A stretch of DNA of 64,000 bases from Octopus sinensis (Eukaryota): contig NC_042999.1 in the NCBI RefSeq assembly GCF_006345805.1, forward strand, positions 150,970,001 to 151,034,000, read 5' to 3'. Positions 26,301 through 38,017 of the stretch are shown here, one piece after another (position 1 is the first letter of the stretch; each line of letters opens with the position of its first letter). The notes under the pieces were generated by a model. It searched no databases. It was not told where the DNA came from and saw only the letters and a list, made by a program, of their open reading frames with translations. The position numbers were made by a program, and so were the translations under genes.

Positions 26301-28701
26301 ACACTTGTCAGTGTGTGTATGAATGTCCATCTGATCTACATCATTTGTTTCTTTTAAAGACCTTTTATATATAATTTGATAATTTCTAAGTTTAGAAAAT
26401 TTTTTCCTCAAAAACACACACGTACACACACACTCCTTCTTGTAGAAGAGCATAGGCATGGAATTTCTTTTTTATTCTTTTACTTGTTTTAGTCATTTGA
26501 CTGGCTATGCTGGAGCACCACCTTTAGCCAAACAAATCAGCCCCAGGACTTATTCTTTGTAAGCCTATTATTTATTCTATTGGTCTCTTTTTGACGAACT
26601 GCTAAGTTATGGTGATGTAAACACACCAACATCGGTTGTCAAGTGCTGGTGGGGGAACAGACACACACACACATACACACACACACACACATTTATTTAT
26701 ATATATATATATATATATGAAGGGCTTCTTTCAGCTTCCACCTACCAAATCCACTCACAAGGCTTTGGTCGGCCCGAGGTTATAGAAGACACTTGGCCAA
26801 AGTGCCACGCAGAGGGACTGAACTCAGAACCATGTTGTTGGTAAGCAAGCTACTTACCACACAGCCACGTCGAAGATCCTTCAATTTTTTACCTGAGCAT
26901 TAAACATACCTTGTTTGTTGTTCCCCCACCTGTCTTGTTTTCTTTTGCCAACTTAATGCCAAAGTTCGTGGTCATTGCCTCCGTGAGGCCCAACACTCAA
27001 AAGAATCTTGGCCGCTTTGCCTCCATGAAGCCCAACACTTGAAAGGAACTCAGCCACCTCACCTCCATAAGACTCAGCACTTAAAAGGATCTCAGCTACT
27101 TTGTCTCCATGTGTCCTGGGAGCTCGGCCACTTTGCCTCCATGAGACCCAATGTTTGAAAGGAACTCAGACACCTCGCCACAGGGTTGGCAGAAAGTCAC
27201 CCAACAGTAAATCAAAATTCCATAAATACTATCTGTAATTCTGTATTGACTCAAATTGGAAAATATAGCACTAAAGAAGGACTTCAATTTGAACAATCTT
27301 CATCATGTTTCATATTTGGATGCTTTTATTAAATTCATTCAGTTGTTAAATGTAAATAAATCTTGGAATTAAATGGTTTTGATTTAGTGTTGGGTGACTT
27401 TTGGCCAGCCCAGTATATATGTATGTATGTAAGTTTGTGTGTGTGTGTAGTTTTGATCTTTTAAAACCTAAATCCCTTTTTCTTAAGATTCCACCACATA
27501 CTTTATGTACTCGTCAGTGTCTCAGCACTTTCATAGACACCACTTTCCAGACTAATGAAATGCCAAAGCTTCTCTTCGTACCTCCAGGAACCACAACAGC
27601 TGTTCATGGTCTTCAGTTGTCTTCTGTTGTTCTACTGCATGCCTGTCACCATTAGAATATTGGTTCTAAAGTGTTGAGTAAGAGTAATCATAATTTTTTA
27701 TGATTGAAATAAAACTGGAATCTTTCAAGTAGACAATAAACTGAATGGTTAGTTACTTATGGCAACAGTACTAATAAAACCATTGACACCACCACCACCA
27801 TCACCACCACATATATGTATGTATATATATGTGTATGTATGTATCTGTGTGTGTGTCTTTGTGTTTATCTCTCACCACTGCTTTACATCCCCATAAGCTG
27901 GTATGGGTGGACACTTTGATGGGATCTGATGGGTCCAAGGACTGCATTGTACCCCTGCTGTCTGCTTTAGTTTCTACAGCTGGATGCCCTTCCTGACACC
28001 AACCACTTTACTGTGTGTAGTGAATGCATTTTTGGTTTTTTTCATACCACTGGTCCTAGTAAGGTTGCTATGGAGATCACAAAACTACAAATCCAGGGTA
28101 GGGTGAAGAGTTGTGTGATTTAAATATGAAAGAAGAGAGGGAATGGCTAGCAGGTTCTTGTGGTTGAGGAGTTACATGGTTACACACCATTTGGCTATCG
28201 ATACTAGATATGTTTGTACGTGGGCCTTAAAAACATGTTCTCCATTTTAAAGACAAGTGGGAATTTGTGGAGAAAGATCCAAGCAGTTACTTTGTGCAAG
28301 TGAAGTGATTATATTCCGGTTCCAATTATCAACTTCTTGTTAAAGAGAATATTCGCTATAGTGTTGAATGATGGTTCAATGGATGTAGACATGATGGTGG
28401 TGATGCTGGTGATGGTGACAGTGGTGGTGGTAATGTTGGTTGGTGGTGGTGGTGGTGGTGGTGGTGGTGGTGGTGGTGAATTTGGTGTTAATGATTGTGG
28501 TGATGATGATAATTATCACAGTTCTTCTCGTTGTTGTTCCATTTTCATTCCAGTTATGTTCCAAGATGAATAGCCATTATTAATTCTTTTAAATGATATT
28601 GTTTTCCCCTGGGTAAAAACCTTCAACAGTATCACCTTTTGAGCAAGTGTCGAAAGCAAGGACACTTTCAAATTTCTTGATTTCATTTTACCATGTTTTT
28701 G

Positions 28702-28732
<31 letters not shown>

Positions 28733-29080
28733 TAATAGACAGGCCTAAGGCAGAGAAATTTGCTACAAGGGAAGCCAATCTTCTCTAACGAACTCTTTGA
28801 TGTAACAGAGTCGATGCTGGGATGTGTTTTTATTTTGTTATCGTTCAGTAAACAAAGCTGACCTGGGAGCGAAGGCGTCATGGCTTTTAGGGAAAGCAAT
28901 GCAAAGACGGAATTAAATGAGTGTAAACAAGTGACAAGTGTCTGAACAGATGAATTAGAGGGTTTGGTTAGAAGAAGGAAAGAAGAGAAGGGGAACTTGC
29001 TCATTCCAGTTAAAGAGCTCTCTCTGCTATGTAGAATGTGTAAAATTATATATATATATATATATATACATATATATACA

Positions 29081-29112
<32 letters not shown>

Positions 29113-29526
29113 TATATGTATTGATAATAAGGAGAGTGAAGAATTTGAACATTCAAACTATATAAACAGGAAGTTTGAATGTTCAAATTCTTCATTCTCC
29201 ATATTATCAATGTTGTACTTTACATGCTAAGTAGCCAGGAAAAAAGTGTGACATCGGATCGGAATTAAAGGAAATATATATATATTTATAAAAATTTGTG
29301 CTGCATCTCATTTATATGGAAAAAAAGTCTGGGTAGAAAATGCTAAAATAATTTTATAAAAAACATTTCAGTGCCGGTTTCAGTCATTGAGACATTTTCA
29401 ACTGTAAGTATGGAAAACAATTAAATTTTGGAAAAATTAAAAGAAAAGTTTTTTAAAAGAATATTTGCATAGTATTCAAATACAAGGGGCATTTTCTTTG
29501 TTTCAGCCTGTCTCTGTCTCCTTTAC

Positions 29527-29559
<33 letters not shown>

Positions 29560-29570
29560 TACACATATAT

Positions 29571-29617
<47 letters not shown>

Positions 29618-29618
29618 T

Positions 29619-29650
<32 letters not shown>

Positions 29651-30301
29651 GTATATTTATATATATATAAATAGATGTGTGTATTTTCCCCTTGTTAACA
29701 ATTAACACGGAAAAAATAGATAAATAGTTACCAGAGTAGCAAAAAATCACACAAGTAAAAAGGTTGTAACTCTTTGTTTTTAAAGGTAGAAACTCTGGGT
29801 TTATGTGAAATATTTCGTGTGATATATATAAATAAATAAATGGAGTTAAACGCAGGTGTTATTAAAATTCTTTTACTTCTGACATGTTTCGAAGATATCA
29901 CTGGTATTATTCCAAAGGAATAAAATGGTGTAAAACAATGTAATCTTCTCTTTAGGGAAATGAAGAAATGAAACTCATCAATAAGACATTTTAACAGAAT
30001 ATGATTGATATGTATAGTGATTAATTGAATGCTATTAAGTTTGTTTAAAAAAAATCGTTAGAAGATATAACGTCAAAGGTAGCCTATATAAGTGATATCT
30101 ATCATTATATATAATTTAATCATTAATTGTCTTCTTACATTTCACATTCACTAGATATATCTTTTCCCAAGACTATAGGGTTTTATTTAATTTACATATC
30201 GTTATATATTTCTCATTCATTTGGTTTTTTCTTTCCTTTACCCCTCCTCTTTCTATTAAATGATGAGATCAAAATTGATGATATATGTATGTGTGTGTAT
30301 G

Positions 30302-30332
<31 letters not shown>

Positions 30333-32559
30333 AGCTAAAAGTCCTCAATCATCAATTTTGCAGTTGCTGGCACTCTGTCAGTTACGATGACAAAGGTTCC
30401 TACTGATCCAATCAATGGAACAGACTGCTTGTAAAATTAACGAGCAGGAGTGGCTGTGTGGTAAGTAGCTTGCTTACCAACCACACGGTTCTGGGTTCAG
30501 TCCCAATGCGTGGTACCTTGGGTAAGTGTCTTCTACTATAGCCTTGGGCCGACCAAAGCCTTGTGAGTGGATTTGGTAGACGGAAACTGAAAGAAACCTG
30601 TCGTATATATATATATATATATGTATGTGTGTCTGTGTTTGTCCCCTCAACATCGCTTGACAACTGATCCTGGTATGTTTACATCCCCGTTACTTAGCAG
30701 TTCGGCAAAAGACACCGATAGAATAAGTACTATGGCTTACAAAGAATAAGTCCTGGGGTCGATTTGCTTGACTAAAAGGCGGTGCTCCAGCATGGCCACA
30801 GTCAAATGACTGAAACAAGTAAAAAAGTAAGTGGTTGAGTACTCCACTGTCTCATGTTCTCTTAACCCTTTGAGCCTGTAACACTGGTTTACTGAATGGC
30901 TTATTTTTCTCTATACTGTAGCACTGGTGGAGTGCCAGGCATATGGTAAAATAAAATTCAGGAGGTCAGGGCTAAAAGGGTTAATGTAGTTTGGGAGATT
31001 CAGTGTGACACAGAATGTGACAAGGCCCTTTGAAAACTCAATTTGGCAGCTAATTGCACTGGAGCAATGTGAAATAAAGTGTCTTGTTCAAGGACTCAAA
31101 ACGACACCAAGACTTGAACTCACAACCTTAGAATCACAAGCTGAATACCCTAACCACTAAGTCTTATACCTTCACAATTTTGCTGTTAGATATATATGTA
31201 GATTAAAACATTCTGTAAGATTAACAGTCCTCCCACAAGAATTTCTATTAATCACATTTAAGGTGTGCTGCTTTCTCTCATGGGGGCCAGTCTCCTTGTC
31301 TCAGTTATTCTTATTTGTTAGTTAGAGAAGACAAGAAACTAATGATGTGGGTTACTTTAAATCCTTTTCCCTTCCTTTGTGCTCTTAAGGGATGGTCATT
31401 GATGGAAATAAGATTGATGTAGGTGTATTGTTTGTAGCCACTTCCATTTTAAAAATAAATTTCATATTCTACATTATTTTGTTAGTCTTAGTTTAACATC
31501 TCTCTTGCTATATATATATATATATATATATATATAGCTACATCCAGGCGTGGTAATGTGGGAGTTTCCTTCCCAGCCCCATGGTTCCAGGCTCATTTTA
31601 CTTCCTGATAGTCTGGTTGATACTACGACACTGTGCTATTATTTAGTCTTAATTAAATATCCGCCTATACATAGCTACAGATAGTTGTGGCTGCGTGGTA
31701 AAAAGTTTGCTTCCCAATCACACGGATCTGGTTTCAGTGCCACTGCATGGCACCTTGGGCAAGTGTCTTCTAGTATAGCCATGGGCTGACCAAACCTTGT
31801 GAATGGATTTAGTAGATGGAAATTGAAAGAAACTCACCCATCCATCCATCCACCCACCACTCAATGAATCTATCCATCCATCAGTTATTGAATCAATCAA
31901 TGAAGCCATCCATCCATCCATCCATCCCTCCATCCATTCATCATCCATCCATCAATGAATCAGTCAGTGAATCCATCCATCAATCAATGAATCAATAAAT
32001 CCATCCATCCATCAGTCAATGAATCAATTAATGAATCCATCCATCCATCCATCAATCAAAGAATCAATTAATGAATCCATCCATCCATCCATCTATGTAT
32101 GTCTATCTTTGTTAGAAATCAACTCCTTCCTCAGAGGAAGAATTTAAATAATTGAAAACAGAAGAGAACATGTATGTGTGTGTGTGTGTATCTATGTGTA
32201 TATCTTTGTGTTTGTCCCCCACCACCGTTTGACAATAACTGGTGTTAGTGTGTTTACATCCCCATGACTTAGCAGTTTGGTTTGAAACTGACAATAAATG
32301 TCGGGCTTAAAATATAAAAGGTGATCAGTTTAGTTAAAATCTTTGGAGGCAGTGCCCCACCATGGCCATGGTTCATTGACTGAAACAAGTGAATTATACA
32401 TGTCGTGGCTGTGTGGCAAGAAGCTTGCTTCCCAACCACATGGTTCCGGGTTCAGTCCCACTACATGGTACCTTAGGCAAGAGTCTTTCTGCTATAGCCT
32501 CAGGCTGACCAAAGCCTTGTAAGTAGATTTGATAGACGGAAACTGAAAGAAGCCCATCC

Positions 32560-32619
<60 letters not shown>

Positions 32620-32925
32620 TTCAAAATGCGATAAAATAAAATTAATTATTATAGCTGGTGTTTCTAGCACAGGCCATATATTATTCATATATAAGTACAT
32701 TAAAGGCGAAGTATGTACTAGAAACACAGAAGCTTGATAAATTTAGTGAAATGAAAATAAAAACATTTACTAACTCTGTTTCATCTTAGACTGCAGTTTC
32801 GCCTTTTTCAGCAATAAAAATAATATTTATTTACTCAGGTAGGCTCTTCAGTAAGATTCCTGTTATTATGAAACGCAACTCGATAGACACATGTGCGTCT
32901 ACTAAATTGCTCTTTCTAAATTGCT

Positions 32926-32981
<56 letters not shown>

Positions 32982-33175
32982 TTATATGTGTGTGTGTCCC
33001 ACCATTGCTTGACAACTGATGATGGTGTATTTATGCCCCCGAAACCTATCAGTTTGACAAAAGAGACCAATAGATTAAGTACTAGGCTTACAAAGAATAA
33101 TTCCTTGGGTTGATTTGTTCAACTAAAGGCGGTGCTCCAGTATGACCGCAGTTAAATGACTGAAACGTGTAAAAG

Positions 33176-33214
<39 letters not shown>

Positions 33215-33609
33215 AGGGTACAGAAAGTGTGTCTATAGCCAGCTGGAGGAGGTGTCCTCCTGGGGCTACAAACTACAGTAGCATCCACCCTTAGGGGTTA
33301 GCCATATTCAAATGGCAAATATACGTCACGATGTGTTGCTGCTACTGTTTATAACTCGCTCTGAGATTTATCATTATATCTATATATTACATATAAAAGG
33401 TATGACCACTAAGAAAAGATTGTTCTCAAGAAAATTCAGCAAATGCCAGAATGTACCTCTAGCATAATGGATGTCCACTTAGTGGTGATCCCTCATATAT
33501 GTATGTAATATAATTTTTCTGAATCTTCAGATTTTTCAATATGCTAGACCATTGGTTTTAAATTGATATTAATCAAATTAATATTCAATTTTTCACCGTT
33601 ATTTAAATT

Positions 33610-33645
<36 letters not shown>

Positions 33646-34018
33646 TATTTGAAAGTTTATGAGAATTACTTAATACAGTTTTGAAGTGTAAAAATGATTC
33701 TTAAAAAGAAATTATTTAAAAAAAAAAATGTTAGATCTTTTACACATGCGTGCACACACACACATGTGTATACACACATGTTCACACATATATATACCAG
33801 GCCCTTGTAGGCTAGAAGCATGGAATGTTTCCAATGCAGCACTCATCCAACACTGTTGGATTCGAAACCAGTTACCAAATTATTCAGGAGTAGAAAATTC
33901 TGGTTTCATAACAGTAAAACCGTTGTGTGGGTTTAGCAAAGATTAAAATATAATCCATGTAAGAAGACAAAGAAAGACTGTGTTAAGGATTTTCTTTGTC
34001 TTCTTGTTCAGATTTCAT

Positions 34019-34058
<40 letters not shown>

Positions 34059-37000
34059 CTCAAAGATGGGTGAGGTTATTTTACTAATCTTTTATAGTTC
34101 CTCCACTGTGTAGCATTTTCCTTTTTCCACTTCTGGAATAAATGCTGGATACGGTATCTTTGTTTTGAAGAATGAAGTGTATTTAGTGATAGTGGTACTT
34201 GTAGGCGGTTGTGATAGCTGTGGGTGGTGATAATAGTTGTGGGTTGTGGTGATAGCGCAGGTAGCTGGGATAGTGGTTGTAGCAGTTTTAGTAACAATAA
34301 TATGGGTCAGTGGTTAGAGTGTCCAGCTTACGATTGTGAGGTTGTGAGTCTGATTCCTGGACTGGGCTGTGTGTTGTGCTCTTGAGCAAGACACTTTATT
34401 TCATGTTACTCCAGATCACTCAGCTATAGAAATGAGTTGTGATGTCACTGGTGCCAAGCTGTATCGGCCTTTGCTTTTCCCTAGGATAACATCGATGGCA
34501 TGGAGAAAGGAGGTTGGTATGCATGGGCGACTGCTGATCTTCCATAAAACAACCCTAGGTTGTGTTCGCCGGTAAGGTGACTTTCCACCCAGACTTGTAC
34601 CCTGGAGGGGGATCCTCTTAGGTGCACCCATGGTTATTCGTGATCGACAGAGTCGTACAATATGATAATAATGAAATTACTGTGTATAATGCTCAGGTGC
34701 ACTACAACTCATTAAAGGTGCATGTATAGTACATAGAATTATGTACAAAAGTCGGGAAAGGGAAGAGTGTATATCATGTGTGCATGCATATGGTATGGTG
34801 GGGATATCAGGTGTAGTGTTGGCAAATTTCAGGAAGCATGGAGGTTTTAAAGGATGCAATGTCTCAGCAGCTAACAACTGATGCTGGTAGTTTGTAATAG
34901 TAATTCTTTCTGCTGTAGACACGATGCCTGGAATTTGGGGGGATGGGTTAAGTTGATTACATTCGACCCCAGTACTCAACTGGTACTTATTTCATTGACC
35001 CTGAAAGATGAAAAACAAAATCAACCTCAGTAAAATTTGAACTCAGAACGTACAGACATGAAATTCTACTAAGCATTTTGCCAGGCATGCTAGCACCTCT
35101 GCCAGCTCACCATCTTAGTAGCAATAATAATGATAAGTAATTTTGGTGGTGATAGCAAAGTTCTCCTTTGTTTCTTGGCAACTTTTTATCACATTAAATA
35201 TAGTAACACTAACATTATTAATAACACTAACGTAACTATTATTTATCTATGGAGATACGAAGCAGTTTAGTTGTTGTTGTTGTTATTTTGCTCCAAACAG
35301 GCCTATGATCAAAAGCCTTCCAACTCTGACCAGCCTGTCTTTTATTTCGACTTACTGTAGGTAGGATTGCAAGTCTTCATCTTCGGTAGATTTTCTTCTA
35401 AGACAAAATTTCAGTATTCCAGGAGAAATTAAGGGATTCTTTATGAGATTTATTCTTCTTAAGAGTGATTAAAGTTGATTATAAGAATACTCTTTAATTA
35501 ATATAAGGCTATTAATTTCATGTCATGTGTATGCACATGGCTCAGTGGTTTCAATTCCTGAACTGTGTGATGTGTTCTGTTCTTGAGCAAAACACTTCAT
35601 TTCATGCTGCTCTTGTCTACTCTGCTGGCAGATATGAGTTATCCTGTGAGGGTCTGGCATCCCATCCAAGATAGAATATATACATATATCAGATTGGAGT
35701 CTGGTGCAGCCATCTGGTTCACCAGTCCTCAGTCAAATCGTCCAACTTATGCTAGCATGGAAAGCAGACGTTAAATGATGATGATGATATATATGCCAGA
35801 GAAACTGGGAAACCAGCCCTATGCTCCTTACAGAGTAATGTGGATTAACCAATTTCATGTAATTCAAGAATCCCCTGTATTACAGAAGAGTTGCACTCAT
35901 AAAAATCTTGCTGTAACATGGAGTTCCCTAACATGAACCTAGTTTTCACATTGCTTCCACATAATATGAAAGTTAATGTCAAAAAAGGGACAGTGTTACA
36001 GAACTCTACATCACAACAACATTTTCAGGAATACAATATTTTCGTATCAAGGGGGATTCTTGTAAACTGGGTTTTATACTTGCAGAGCTGATGCCTGGAT
36101 GTTCAGCATCCCAGGCTAGTCTTATGTTTACCCTCTTCTCACTGTTGTATATTGTTCATCCCTTCTCTCTGCCTTACAATGAGTGACCTCTTCTTTCTGT
36201 GTTACAATATGTTCCCTTTCTCTTTATCTTATCATGTGAAACCCTTCCTTGCAACCCTACCATAAGCACACCCCATTCTCTTAGTCTCATAATGTGTGCC
36301 CTGGGCCTGTTAAAAGGAGGGTTCAACTAGTACATTAAACTGGGCCTTGGAAAGTCAATATCTATGGCATCCTAAAAAATATCATAGCCCTCACTTTAAT
36401 ATTCAGAAGAATCTCTCACCTCCAGAACCCTGAAAAACAGTTGTTCTACATTGTAAAATTTCTCTCAGAAACCCTACATTATATCTCCCCTTCTCTCTGC
36501 AAGTCAGTTTGTTCCTGCTGTTCCTGGTTCTACATTGTGCATCTCCTTTAACAATTTTTTCTACAAATTTCTCTAGCCATCATCTTCTTTACACATAATG
36601 AAGAATGTAGTTGAAAATCTCTTATTAACATGAGCACAAGAAATTGGTGTTATTATATGTATCACTAAGGTGGTTAGCTGGCAGAATCGTTAGCATTGCT
36701 GGACGAATTGCTTACTGGTATTTTGCCCATCACTATGTTCTGAGTTCAAATTCCGTCAAGGTTGACTTTACCTTTCATCTTTTCGAGGTTGATAAATTAA
36801 GTACCAGTTACATACTGGGGTTGATCTAATCGACTGGCCCCCTCCCCCAAAATTTCAGGCCTTTGGCTTGAGTAGAAAGGATTATTATTATTAAGGCGGC
36901 GAGCTGGCAGAATTGTTAGCATGTTGGATGAAATGCTTAGCGGTATTTCGCCTGTCGCTATTTCTGTGTTCAAATTTTGCCGAAGTTGACTTTGCCTTTC

Positions 37001-37975
37001 ATCATTTCGGGGTCGATAAATTAAGTACCAGTGAAACACTGGGGTCGATGTAATCAACTAGTCCCCTCCCCTAAAATTTCAGGCCTTGTGCCTATGGTAG
37101 AAAGGATTATTAAGTCAGCAAGCTGGCAGAATCGTTAGCATGCTGGACGAAATGCTTAGCGGTACTTCGTCAGTCGCTACGCTCCGAGTTCAAATTCCGC
37201 CGAGGTCGACTTTGCTTTCATCCTCTCGGGGTTGATAAATTGAATACCAGTTACGTACTGGGGTCGATCTAATAGACTAGCTCCGTTCCCCAAAATTTCA
37301 GGCTTTGTGCCTTTAGTAGAACGGATTATCTGTATCATTGAGTAAATCTGATAATCTGCTAAAATTTTAAATGTTCCATGTCAAATCATAGGACAGATCA
37401 TAACACCATATTACTCTCTCATCATCCCTGCTTCACCTACCTCTATCCTTCATCCTCCTTTCTTTCCAGGGGTGAAATTTCCTTCAAGTCGGTAAGGTTT
37501 TGGCAACAGTAATAAAGCTGAGATGAGTAGTCTCCCTTAGATCGAATTTTTTTTTTAATGTGTTGGTGGCTGGAAGAGGCCGTTCTATTTTTAATGTTTA
37601 TTTTATGCTAAAACAAACAATAATTGATTGATTAATTAATCAATTATTGTTGTTGATGTTGTTGTGGTAAATTTTCAGAGCAACACCCGCACGATTTTCT
37701 CTAAGAAAAAAAAGAAAGAAACTCGGATTTTTTGCTTGGAATCAAGTACCCTGACCTACATCTTAAATGATTATTCTGGAGCATATTCACCATCTACTTC
37801 AATTACTACTTATTTGCTTGGTAGATGGTCAGACTATCATTTAAAGATGTTTTTGTTAAATATTGTTATTGATTTTGTTGAAAAAAAGCCGCAATAATTA
37901 TGCACCAACCCAATATATACACATGTATATATGTGTGCGTGCGTGTATGTATGTATGTGTGTGTGTGTGTGTATG

Positions 37976-38017
<42 letters not shown>

